Source of the DNA: an uncultured delta proteobacterium
Lineage (GTDB): Bacteria > Desulfobacterota > Syntrophia > Syntrophales > Smithellaceae
DNA length: 64,000 nt
Reading direction: 5' to 3'
Assembly (NCBI GenBank): GCA_963710575.1
Contig: CAVQAL010000006.1
Location: 317,784 to 381,783, forward strand
Shown here: piece by piece, positions 43,436-53,637 of the stretch
Numbering within the stretch: position 1 is the stretch's first letter
Layout of the letters: each line of letters opens with the position of its first letter
Position numbers and translations under genes: made by a program
The notes under the pieces: model-generated
Database searches by the model: none
The model's input: only the letters and a program-made list of their open reading frames with translations
Told to the model about the DNA's origin: nothing

Positions 43436-43978
43436 TTAATTTTTTACTCTAAAATTTTTTAATACAGCCATACGATCATTAACAAAATTTAAATGGCAAT
43501 TGCAGGAAGAAGTATTCAAATTAACGCCGCATTGCGGGCATAAACCTTTACATTCTTCATTGCAAAGCACCTTCATCGGTATTTGCAAAATTATCTGCTC
43601 GCAGATAATAGGCGCAAGATCGATAAAATCGCCCTGATAATAGCTTATTTCCAGTTCTTCCGGCGTCAGTTCTAAATCTTCTCTGGTCTCAGCTTTCGCG
43701 GGAATTAACGTATAAGCGAAATCGCCGCCAATAGGCAGGCTTGTGTGCTCCAGGCAACGGCTGCAGTCAATATCAATAACCGCGGAAAAGTTACCTTTAA
43801 TAAAAACAGTGCCGGAAGTTTTTGTTATCAAACAGTTTACATCAACCTGGCGCAGAGTGAAATCAGGACTATTGCTATCTTTAAAGCATCCCTTAAACCA
43901 AGCACCATCTTCGGAAAAAACGAAATTTTGTCCTTCCTCGGGGATAAGAACTACGTTAATTTTCAAAGAATTAGACAT
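43436..43978 (-). CDS. YceD/DUF177 family protein
   Basis: CSRCL, LC...CKGLCPQCG.NLN; upstream of rpmF. Confidence 0.9.
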   Translation of the reverse strand: MSNSLKINVVLIPEEGQNFVFSEDGAWFKGCFKDSNSPDFTLRQVDVNCLITKTSGTVFIKGNFSAVIDIDCSRCLEHTSLPIGGDFAYTLIPAKAETREDLELTPEELEISYYQGDFIDLAPIICEQIILQIPMKVLCNEECKGLCPQCGVNLNTSSCNCHLNFVNDRMAVLKNFRVKN

Positions 43979-44301
43979 CGAAAGCGTACTGCCTTATAAA
44001 AATTTGCAAAACTAATTAATCTTAAGAGTAAATTATAAATTCCTTTCCTTGTCAAGCATAATTTGTTTGTTTTACTGAAGGATTCAACAGGAGAACCTCA
44101 ATTTATTTTCATTATCTACATTAGTTTTTGCAGCCATAGCAAGACAGGTACTTAGTATAAGCGTCCCATTTTATGTTTATTTTGTATTATAAAAATTATC
44201 TCTGATTTGCAGTATTTTAAAACATTGGCAAAATATTAAGGTGCTTGACAAAAAGCCAATCTCAACCCTATAAAGCTACAAAAAATAAGGGAAAGAAAAT
44301 A

Positions 44302-45705
44302 ATGGAAAAAATCAGAACCCGCTTTGCACCTTCACCAACAGGCTATTTACACATTGGTGGGGCGCGAACAGCTCTTTTTAACTGGCTTTATACCCGCCAC
44401 TACGGCGGTGAATTTGTTCTGAGGATTGAAGATACCGACCAAGAACGTTCGACCGATGAATCCACCAAGGCCATCCTCGATGCCATGACTTGGATGGGCC
44501 TGGATTGGGATGAAGGGCCCCATTTTCAAGCTCAGCGTGTTGATCTTCACCGGGAAATGGTGCAAAAACTGATTAATGAAGGAAAAGCCTACTATTGTAC
44601 TTGCACATCTGAAGAACTCGAAACCAAAAGAAAAGCAGCTTTGGCCGCCGGAAAAAAGCCCAAATATGACGGCACCTGCCGCGACAAAAAATTAAAGAAA
44701 TCTCCCGGTAGCGTTGTCCGCTTTCGTGGCGCACAAACCGGAATTACGATTGTGGAAGACCTCATCAAGGGTAATATAAGTTTCAATAATGATGAGTTGG
44801 ACGATTTGATTATAGAACGCGGCGATGGGTATCCCACGTACAACTTTGCCGTTGTCATTGACGATGCACTCATGAACATCACGCACGTCATTCGCGGCGA
44901 CGACCATGTCAACAATACACCGCGCCAGATTTTGATGTATGAGGCGCTCGGTTTTGATGTGCCCAAATTCGCCCACGTCCCAATGATTCTGGGATCAGAC
45001 AAGGCGCGCCTGAGCAAGCGTCACGGAGCGACTTCTGTTATGGCCTACAAAGAGATGGGTTACCTGCCGGAAGCGCTCGTCAATTATCTGGTGCGCCTCG
45101 GGTGGTCGCATGGAGACCAGGAGATTTTTTCGCCAAAGGAACTAATTGAGCACTTCGATTTATCCGCCGTCGGCAAATCGCCCGCTGTTTTAAATCCCGA
45201 AAAATTAATCTGGCTCAACGCGCACTATATAAAGGAAGCAAATCCTGAGCGATTGATGGAAGAGATGAACCTCTTTTGGCCTGTCGGCGCCAATACGGTC
45301 GATGCCGCTTTCACGCAAAAAGTGATCGCCGATTTGCAGCCGCGCGTCAAAACACTGATCGAACTGGCAAACGCGGCGAGTTTCTACTTTGCCGATGAGA
45401 TTCAGTATGAAGAACCAGCCGCCAAGAAGTTTCTAGTGCCTGATGTTTCCGCTCATTTAAAAGCGATGGCCGCAGCAATTCCATTGGTGCAAAACTTCAG
45501 CAGAGAAGGTCTTGAAGAATTCCTCAAGGCTTTTGTGCAGGAACGAGACATCAAGTTCAAAGTTCTAGCCCAGCCGCTGCGGGTAGCGTTGACGGGAAAA
45601 ACCGTCAGTCCCGGCATTGATGAAGTCATGGCAACTCTGGGCAAGGAACGGGTCATACAAAGGATCAATGCCGCACTTGCCTATATTGAAATTCAGAATA
45701 AATAG
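44302..45705 (+). CDS. gltX: Glutamate-tRNA ligase
   Basis: RFAPSPTG, HIGG, RLSKR; TTGACA(44245)-18 nt-TATAAA promoter upstream. Confidence 0.97.
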   Translation: MEKIRTRFAPSPTGYLHIGGARTALFNWLYTRHYGGEFVLRIEDTDQERSTDESTKAILDAMTWMGLDWDEGPHFQAQRVDLHREMVQKLINEGKAYYCTCTSEELETKRKAALAAGKKPKYDGTCRDKKLKKSPGSVVRFRGAQTGITIVEDLIKGNISFNNDELDDLIIERGDGYPTYNFAVVIDDALMNITHVIRGDDHVNNTPRQILMYEALGFDVPKFAHVPMILGSDKARLSKRHGATSVMAYKEMGYLPEALVNYLVRLGWSHGDQEIFSPKELIEHFDLSAVGKSPAVLNPEKLIWLNAHYIKEANPERLMEEMNLFWPVGANTVDAAFTQKVIADLQPRVKTLIELANAASFYFADEIQYEEPAAKKFLVPDVSAHLKAMAAAIPLVQNFSREGLEEFLKAFVQERDIKFKVLAQPLRVALTGKTVSPGIDEVMATLGKERVIQRINAALAYIEIQNK

Positions 45706-45719
45706 GTCAGTTCATGGCG

Positions 45720-45840
45720 GCCACGGTATTTTCAACCAGCGGCAATCCCGCGGGAGGTTGCGTTATCCTCTGCTTCGCGGGATCAATTCCATTTGCGCTT
45801 CAAATTTCGTTTCACTCATTTTCAGCGAATGTCATTAATT
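45720..45840. repeat. Palindromic repeat family C, copy 3
   Basis: Similar to 41250-41368; boundaries approximate. Confidence 0.55.
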
Positions 45841-46028
45841 CGACCTGCAAGCCTCAGTCGCAGATGACCCGGCGTGACCCTTAGGTTATTCAGGTTATGC
45901 ACTTTGTTACTGAAACTTGGATCTCATTATTGCAGGGAGCTTCCGGCTCTCGCCAGAGGGGCCTTCACTTTCATCTTGACTTTTAAAGTCGAATTGAATA
46001 GATACTCACCCTCAACTTTCCACACTAT

Positions 46029-46102
46029 TGGGGGATCGTCTGGCGGCGGGACTCAGGGCTCTGAATCCTGCTACATAGGTTTGAATTCTGATTCCCCAGC
46101 CA
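46029..46102 (+). tRNA. tRNA-Gln(CTG), degenerate/possible pseudogene
   Basis: Acceptor TGGGGGA/TTCCCCA-G-CCA; anticodon loop CTCTGAA; T-loop TTTGAAT and weak T-stem. Confidence 0.7.
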
Positions 46103-46106
46103 ATAT

Positions 46107-46181
46107 GGTCCCATCGTCTAGTGGTTAGGACGCTGGCCTCTCACGCCGGAAACCGGGGTTCAACTCCCCGTGGGACTACCA
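46107..46181 (+). tRNA. tRNA-Glu(CTC)
   Basis: GGTCCCA/TGGGACT acceptor, CTGGC-CTCTCAC-GCCGG anticodon arm, TTCAACT T-loop, CCA end. Confidence 0.95.
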
Positions 46182-46187
46182 AAATAA

Positions 46188-46294
46188 TATCAAGTAGTTG
46201 CAAAAAATGTTGTAGCTCATTTTTTATTTCAATATTTAAATTCCCAACACTATTCCCAACAACAAAATCAATTCTAATCAATTCTAATCAATTC
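46188..46294 (+). promoter_or_regulatory. att-arm region: IHF site, direct repeats and 10-bp tandem repeat
   Basis: TATCAAGTAGTTG fits WATCAAN4TTR; TTCCCAACA x2 (46241, 46253); AATCAATTCT x3 (46266-46294). Confidence 0.6.
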
Positions 46295-46694
46295 CGTTAT
46301 CACCTCCCATAAAATCCGACTTACAGAATTCCATTATCCATTTATAAACTACATCGCGAGGATACTATAAACCATCAGTGAATTACCCCCGCCACAGGGC
46401 GCGGCATATTAATAAACTGGATGAGGGGAGATTACATCCCCATCCACTGAACGTGGTATTCTGATGTAAGTTTTAGTAAACGGTAAACCGTATATGAAAT
46501 ACGGAATACCGTTTTTTTATTGCGATTACATAAAATAATGTCTCATTTTCTATAACAATAAAACAACTTATATTTAATAATATTATAATAATTATAAACA
46601 TATACATAAGTTGTTGCATTGTTTTTTATTCAAATTTTAAAAATGGCATACATATTTCATCAGATAAAGACAAATAAGTTTGGAGGCAATTTTT

Positions 46695-46925
46695 ATGGAT
46701 GAGGTCATATACATTACAGAGCGCGATGTCAGCCGGATAACTTCGCGGGCACTGTCAACGTTGAGAAACGATCGCTTTAATGGACGAGGAATTCCATATT
46801 ACAAAATCGGCTCGTCCATCAGATATTCCCGCACTGACGTTATTAATTTCATGGAAACACGAAAAATCATGACCTCACCAGAACATGCAAACAAGCCTGA
46901 ACAGGAGGCAACTATGAAGAGATGA
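46695..46925 (+). CDS. Excisionase/AlpA-like helix-turn-helix protein
   Basis: YITERDVS....LSTLRNDR..G.GIPYYKIG.SIRY; SD GGAGG. Confidence 0.85.
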   Translation: MDEVIYITERDVSRITSRALSTLRNDRFNGRGIPYYKIGSSIRYSRTDVINFMETRKIMTSPEHANKPEQEATMKR

Positions 46926-46994
46926 TTTTGAAAATAACAAATGAGCTACTAGGCGAGTTCCGAAAGCCATCACATATCAAACAAGGAGGATTTT

Positions 46995-47210
46995 ATGAAT
47001 ATCATCAGTATAAATTTATCAAAAGCCGCGCGGAAAAAACTTAAGCGTTATGTAAAGATTCCAGTGGAGATTCGATCAGCAGCACGAAAAAGTTTTAAAT
47101 TAACGCATGAGGACATTATAAATCTTGGGTTACATATTCAGTCTGTAAACCAGCAACGTTTTTGGGAAAAACTTGAGCTGTACGGCAACTATAAAAATAA
47201 TAACTCGTAA
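46995..47210 (+). CDS. Small basic hypothetical protein
   Basis: 71 aa; SD AAGGAGG. Confidence 0.6.
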   Translation: MNIISINLSKAARKKLKRYVKIPVEIRSAARKSFKLTHEDIINLGLHIQSVNQQRFWEKLELYGNYKNNNS

Positions 47211-47375
47211 TAACACAAAAAAAGAAAGGACGGTGATGCTTTTGATTGCATAAAAAATGAAGATAAGCGGAATGCGTCGGAAATTAATTGGCCATTCTTG
47301 GAAACGAGAATGGTTTTTTTATTTCCGAAAACCTTTAACCCTTAACCTTAAATTCTAATAAGGAGGAATTTAAAG

Positions 47376-48430
47376 ATGTCTAAAAATTTAGATGTAACAA
47401 AAGAGGAAGTTAATGATCTTCCCAAACCAACGAGTGAAGCGGAGGCTACAACCAGCTCCGACCATAATTCAACCCTCAGAGCCCGAACCTGAATATTGGT
47501 CATATATGGGTATTGACAGTACGTCGTTCTAGGAAATCGACATAGTTAGCGTTGATGATGACGACCAGGAATCAGTGAATGAATGGATGGGCAAGATTAA
47601 AAAGCCCAAGAAAGGTCAGAATGTAAATATTGATCAGGTTATTCAGGAAGGCATCGAATTAGCTAAAGGTATTGCTTCCGAAGCCAATCAATTGATCAAT
47701 GCAGCTTTCAAGAATTTTGCTGATAGAGCAATATTCATCGGTTTAATCTGCCATCAAGTTAAAGGTATTAATTCGTGGCGACAAGAAACCTTGGGCTGTT
47801 TGGGCGGAAGAAAATTTTTCGTTCATTCTAAAGAGGAATCGTGAGAAATATATGCTCCTGGCAAGCAGGCCTGATTGCTGGCCTTTCAGCTTTCTTGGCG
47901 TCGACAGACTGGAAATGCTGTGTTCCGTCACCAAAGCAATGAAGGGTACTAATTGTATCAGTGATCTTCTCAAGAAGTACAAAATTCCTTTTAATGAAAA
48001 GATGGAAATTAACATGAGTGAGTTCAAAGCCATGATCGATGCGGCAATTAGTAATGAGCGGCTAGAAAACAATGGCTTAACGATTGATTACGACACAGTA
48101 AAAGGTGTCACTGATCTTGGTGTTGATATTGACAAATCAATGATCAAAAGGCTCAAAGACGTAAGGGATTGCGGCGGAAATCCGAAAACCCTGCTGGCCA
48201 GAAATCAATGTTGACCGGCGGTAAGGAGGACATGGATGTTACTCCCGAAAAGACGGCTGCAAGATTTCAATCATCTTTCTAATCGTCTTATCAAGACGTT
48301 GATTTCATAATGGATGACCAAGACCAACTCGTCAAAATCGACCGTGATACATTTCGCGATGTTAATGGCAAAGCTCACCAGCATTCAGGAATTGGGAATC
48401 TTGAATGAAGATGAGGAAAAGGCTGCGTAA
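47376..48430 (+). pseudogene. Multiply frameshifted gene, DUF3102-like central region
   Basis: SD AGGAGG plus ATG 47376; fragments 47575..47844 and 47852..48214 join across frames (AIFIGLIC...WAEENF...REKYMLLA). Confidence 0.5.
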
Positions 48431-48496
48431 CTTTTAACCTAGGCCTTCTGTTGTCTTAGATGGCGGGGGGCTTTTTTATTTAGAGGAGGAAATAAG

Positions 48497-49377
48497 ATGA
48501 AAGTTTGTCAGGCATCAATGAGCTCTAGGGTTTTAAAGCGTTACTGGGACCTTTTCAGGGAATTATTAAATATCTTGTTGTCATTCGCCTATGCGGGACC
48601 GGATTTCGAGGAGATTCTTATCAAGTGCCGTCACATGGTCGGCAGCATCATTCTGGATTCCGGTACATGGACCGCTTCAAAAGGTAATTCCAATATAACT
48701 CTGGCCGGCCTTATTTCATATATTCAGACAATAGGCCACCTTTTCGACGGGTTTTCAATTTTGACAGCGACTTTTCTGACCGGGGATTTGTCAACAATAT
48801 CGTCAACCAGATAATAATGGAAAGAGCCGGTCTGCATCCCATACCCGTGGTTCACAATTTGTTCGATTCGGAAATCGACTATTACATTGACTCGGGAAAG
48901 TACAATTGTCTGGCTCTTGGTTCCCGCCAAATCACGAACTTCGACGATCTGGCATATGCCGTTTATCGAATTAAAAAAGGTAATCCGAATATAAAAATCC
49001 ACTGGTTTGGCGGCAGCCGGTATGAATGGCTCTGCAATCTGCCCATAGCAAGTTGCGATACTTCTTCCTGGGGAACGGTAGGTAAATTCGGTTTTATCAG
49101 ATACTGGAACCCGCACTTATCAGGAATAAACAAGGGGCATTCAATTTATACCAGCGGAGTGGTCAAGGATATTGAGGAAGGCAAATACGAGTATGTAACC
49201 TATCCATGGCGGAACGATCTCGATGCATATCTTCAGGAAACCTTTGGTCTGACGTTCCACGACCTATGCGGATATGACGCTGCCTATAATATGCAGCTTG
49301 TCAATACCCGATTCTATGCGGAATTGGAACGGCGGATTAATGAGGAACGAGTCCGGCGCGGGATAGCGTTGGAATAA
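48497..49377 (+). CDS. TGT/DpdA-like TIM-barrel transglycosylase, 1-nt deletion near 48750
   Basis: ILDSGTWT, FNFD, PIPVVH, LALG, KIHWFG, SCDTSSW motifs in the expected order. Confidence 0.7.
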
Positions 49378-49380
49378 TAG

Positions 49381-49396
49381 GCGCAGGAGTCTGCGT
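49381..49396. promoter_or_regulatory. Palindromic operator-like site GCGCAG-N4-CTGCGT (also 49859, 51317, 51447 degenerate, 58051, 62411)
   Basis: Six intergenic copies, all inside the island. Confidence 0.65.
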
Positions 49397-49416
49397 ATTT
49401 TAGAAAGGAGAAAAAA

Positions 49417-49785
49417 ATGGGAACTTTTTTTGGAGTAACCGCTAGCAGCGGTGCAAAGATTAAAAAAGATAAGGAAGAAGAAGTCCAGAAGTTGCTGGAC
49501 AAATATGACTTTTCACGTGGCCTCGAGTGCCAGATTAATAACGGCAGTATAGAAATATGGGGATATGAATGGCCATATTTATATCTAAAACCTAAAAATG
49601 ATGAAGATGATCCGGATGATGATGTATTTGTAAAATTCTTGGAAGAGCTGGCTCCGTTACTGGCTGAAACTCTGGTGATACAGGCTGTTGGAAATGAAAA
49701 GTGTGTCTTTCCGCTCTCGGCCGCAGAAATAATAGTTACACAAACAGGTGTGGAAGGCAGAAACGTATTTAAGTGGTCATGGTGA
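49417..49785 (+). CDS. Acidic hypothetical protein
   Basis: 122 aa; SD GAAAGGAG. Confidence 0.7.
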   Translation: MGTFFGVTASSGAKIKKDKEEEVQKLLDKYDFSRGLECQINNGSIEIWGYEWPYLYLKPKNDEDDPDDDVFVKFLEELAPLLAETLVIQAVGNEKCVFPLSAAEIIVTQTGVEGRNVFKWSW

Positions 49786-49807
49786 TCAATAATTGATTGA
49801 TGTGTGA

Positions 49808-50000
49808 AAGGGACTCATTTTCTTAACTGGGGTGGGTCCCTTCCCTGTCATCAATATGGCGCAGAAGTCTGCGTATTTTGGAAAGGAGAGTGATGCAAGA
49901 TGGGCTGATTCAAAGAGTAATATAAAAATAAATTTAAATAACCCGGAAATAAAAGGGGCCTCTCAATAAAGAGATGGTCCCTTTTTATTTTTCAAAACTA
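49808..50000 (+). repeat. Island intergenic module copy (hairpin A, operator, SD plus minigene, hairpin B)
   Basis: Hairpin B AAAAGGGRCCTCTCAATAAAGAGATGGTCCCTTTT is repeated at 53564. Confidence 0.75.
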
Positions 50001-50027
50001 AAAATAATATCAAAGGAGAATTTGTAT

Positions 50028-51227
50028 ATGTCAAAACGAAATAAAAATAAGAAGGATTTACGTGACGAAAATTCTAAATCGTCAAAGGAAATAATTTTGC
50101 CGAGAGGCTTCTTAAAAAAAATGGGCATTGTGCCTTTTGCCGATGAGGAGCATAATTTAAATAAACAATTTATTGCAAAAGAAATACGGAAGCATTTCGG
50201 GCAACCTGAATTCGAAAAGTTTTGTAGCATGAAGGATGTCAACGATATTTATGACTATTTATGCTCTCAAATATTCCTAACCAAATTAAGTTACAGATGC
50301 GAATATTATAGAATTTGTAGGATAGCTGATGCACTGAGAGATCTTCCAATGTCACCCGACTTGAAAATTTTGGACGTAGGTGGTGGGACAGGATTGCTGG
50401 CCTTTTATATGGCTCAAATATGGGGAAATAGTGAAATTACAATTGCAGACAAGTATTCGAATGTAGGTTCACAGTGGGCAAAGGAAATCGGTGCTGATAG
50501 GGTTAGCTTTATTGACTCGATCCTTCCTGATCTCCCCAATATTTCCGATCAGCATTACGACGTTGTTGTCTTATCGAGAGTTCTCAATGTTTTAGACAAA
50601 TTGAATCTCCCCAGTTTTATCAGTACAAGCTGGGATAATTATTCCAAAAGTAAAGAGGGTATTCAGCGGAATGAGGAATTGAAGAAAATAGCTGCGAGCT
50701 TGAAACGAGTAATGAAGCAAGATGGATCACTCATAATTGTTGAATCATGGTCTGGTGACCGTGTACTCATGGTAGGAAAAGCTTTTGAACAAAGTGGCCT
50801 GTTTATCAATTTGGACGGTTTCAGTTCGGATCATGTAAGCAACGAATATTCTATTATCACTTTTTCAAATGCATTTAATACCAAATTGCTTCGCGATATC
50901 CCTTTGGCTCTATCCACAAAAGTCGATGAGAAATATAATGACAATACAGTTCATCAGATGGCCGCCGAATCTCTCAGAAATCTTTTTGAAAGTAAACCGC
51001 CTATAATGGAATTTGAATTCATTGAGAATAGTAAGGTGATGAGATGTGAGCTATTTGAAAAAAATGGACTGGCATTGTTTTCTGTTAGGACATCTAAAGG
51101 TCAAAAAATGGCCACGCTTTCTTCGGCTGTTGACATCCCCAAGATAATAGAGATGTACAAAAAAAGTGAAAAAGAAATGGTTTCTAACAGCAAGTATAAG
51201 ATCACCCAAAGTGTGACAGTAAGATAA
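50028..51227 (+). CDS. Class I SAM-dependent methyltransferase domain protein
   Basis: ILDVGGGTG motif I, YDVVVLSRVL; SD AAAGGAG. Confidence 0.8.
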   Translation: MSKRNKNKKDLRDENSKSSKEIILPRGFLKKMGIVPFADEEHNLNKQFIAKEIRKHFGQPEFEKFCSMKDVNDIYDYLCSQIFLTKLSYRCEYYRICRIADALRDLPMSPDLKILDVGGGTGLLAFYMAQIWGNSEITIADKYSNVGSQWAKEIGADRVSFIDSILPDLPNISDQHYDVVVLSRVLNVLDKLNLPSFISTSWDNYSKSKEGIQRNEELKKIAASLKRVMKQDGSLIIVESWSGDRVLMVGKAFEQSGLFINLDGFSSDHVSNEYSIITFSNAFNTKLLRDIPLALSTKVDEKYNDNTVHQMAAESLRNLFESKPPIMEFEFIENSKVMRCELFEKNGLALFSVRTSKGQKMATLSSAVDIPKIIEMYKKSEKEMVSNSKYKITQSVTVR

Positions 51228-51260
51228 ACATCAAAACTATATGTAAAATTAATTTTTCAA

Positions 51261-51573
51261 AAAAAGGGGCTCTCACGGGAATTTGAGCCTTTTTTTATTT
51301 TTAATAGTGATAAAAAGCGCAGGTTCCTGCGTTTCTTGAGAAAGGGGGTATTAAGAATATGAGATGATAATGATATAAAGAGTAATTCAAAATTATAATT
51401 GCGGAAGTGGGGTCAGGTTATTTACTGGCCCCTTATCATCAATATGGCACAGGGGTCTACGTTTTAAAAGGAAGGTGATGAAATATGAGCTGATTTAATT
51501 ATAATTTAATAAAAATACAATTTGAGCAAGTTTGGGTAAAAGGGGCTTTTTCCGGATGGAGAGTCCCTTTTTT
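51261..51573 (+). repeat. Two tandem island intergenic modules
   Basis: Hairpin A, operator 51317, minigene 51359; hairpin, TCATCAATATGG, degenerate operator, minigene 51478/51485, hairpin B'. Confidence 0.7.
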
Positions 51574-51665
51574 ATTTCCCGTTAACAACTAACAAAACAG
51601 CGACTCATACCCGGTGGCCGCTTTAAAATTGAGAACAAGATATTCTCATAAATGGAGGTTTAACA

Positions 51666-53418
51666 ATGTCAGATTTTAGTTCCAAAGATAAAAAAATATT
51701 CGATGATATGATAAAATGTGTCAAAGATACCGGCTTGAACATTTTGAACGAGCGGATGGAATCAATCAATACGACAACCCAAGTGAACATCCTTTGTATA
51801 AGTATGGCTATCACAGGGAAAGATGCCCTGAAAGACAAACTCACGTCCGTAGCAATATGCGTATCCAATCATCCCGCTATCTTGTTTGACATGATCAAGT
51901 CCAAACCGGAAGATATAATCACGCTCAAGCAATTGCTGGAAGATCACACAGCAAAGGTCTTTTTCGATGCCAAGAAGGCGCTGAATTTCTTTCATGCAGC
52001 TGGCTTCGAAATTAACGGTCCAATTTATGATGTCATGTTGATGGACAAAATCCTGCGAGCCGGTGATAGAGAGAAAAATTTGACTATTAATAGCATTATC
52101 ACACAATACCTCGGAACATCCATGACCATAGACTCTGTCTTAATTCCCGTCGATAAAGAAGTAGAGATACTTCTGAAACTATATGAAGTCATCCTTTGCC
52201 AGCTAATGGAAAATGATTTGCTGGACACAGCAACCTTGGAATTTGAATGTATCCGGGCTGTTGCTGGAATGGAGAGGAACGGGATCAGGGTCGATGGGGA
52301 AAAATTAAAGGATATGCTGCAGAAGTTTACTGAACAGCAAGATTTTTTTGCAAAAATACCGCGTCAGTATTTGGGAGATGTCAATCTAAACAGTCATAAA
52401 AAAGTAAAGGAAGAGCTCATCAAAAAAGGGGTCAAGGTAAAAGATACAAGGCGGGGAACACTTCAGCCCCACATCTTTCCATATCTTTACTTATGGGATT
52501 ATCAAATTTATAAAAAGTTTAAATACTACAGGTCGCTCGCCGCAGCCCTTCTGGACAAGAATCGACCCCAATACAGGCAGACTATATCCCAAGTATTCAC
52601 AAATAGGTGCACCTAATGGTCGTCTTTCCTGTTCTGACCCGAACCTTCATGCAATACCAAGAACAGAGGAATTTAGATCATGTTTTATTCCGGATGACGG
52701 TTATAAGCTTATTATTGCCGATTACTCTCAAATTGAATTGAGAATTGTAGCGGAAATCAGTCATGATAAACTCATGGTTGATGCATATCAAAAGGGAGAC
52801 GATCTTCATAAACTGACTGCGTCGCTGATAACGTATAAGACAATGGATTATGTTAACAAGGATGAATGTTTAACTGCGAAAGCTGTAAACTATGGGCTCA
52901 TTTACAATATGGGAGAAAAAAAATTAATTAAATTTTTTCTTGATAACTACGGTCTTACTATTCTTCCGCAACGGGCAGAGAAGTATAGAAGTGTATTCTT
53001 TTCAGCTTATCAAGGAATTGCCCAGTGGCATGAGGATTTCGATTCTCAATCATATGGTGAAACGAGAACATTGGGCAATCGCAGAAGGGTCTGGGACAGC
53101 TATTACATGAATACCACAGACCTTCTGAAAACAACGATACAGGGAACAACTGCGGATATACTGAAGAGAGCATTATGCATTCTTCACGAGAGGATTAAAA
53201 ATACTGGGATAAAAATCATTGGTTGTATCCACAGAGAGATCATTATGGAAGCACCTATTATGAAAACAGACGCAGCAATTCAACTCATGCGCAAGTCCAT
53301 GACTGACGCAGGCCAGCATTACCTGAAAGAGGTTCCGGTTGTGGTCAATATTTCTGCTGTTGATAATTGGTATGAGAAACAGGGATCACATATGGGTGGT
53401 AGTAATAACCTTCCGTAA
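51666..53418 (+). pseudogene. Family A DNA polymerase-like protein (exo plus pol), +1 frameshift near 52560, catalytic residues substituted
   Basis: MERNGI, GRLSCSDPNL, ADYSQIELR, AKAVNYGLIY, IQGTTADILK; motif C reads IHRE. Confidence 0.8.
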
Positions 53419-53443
53419 TCTGTTAACCTCTTAACTGTCTGAA

Positions 53444-53612
53444 AAAGAGGCTCATTTCTCTCACGGGATTTGAGCCTCTTTGTTTATTTAGAAAGGAGTG
53501 TGATGAACTATGGGTTGATTTGATAATTGTACGGTAATTCAATAATTAAAAGAATCAAAAAATAAAAGGGACCTCTCAATAAAGAGATGGTCCCTTTTCT
53601 ATTTTCAAAACA
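53444..53612 (+). repeat. Island intergenic module copy
   Basis: Hairpin A GAGGCTCA...TGAGCCTC, SD plus minigene 53503/53510, hairpin B. Confidence 0.75.
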
Positions 53613-53637
53613 AAAAAATATTAGGAGGGAAAATATC

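Noticed and set aside
46378-46416. IS200/IS605-like end hairpin, loosely similar to 60456-60490
   Set aside because: The similarity is short and weak, and no tnpA/tnpB is present
49974-50027. Shared N-terminus MVPF.FSK in ORFs 49974 and 53587
   Set aside because: It is a translation of hairpin B; the SD-supported starts are 50028 and 53638
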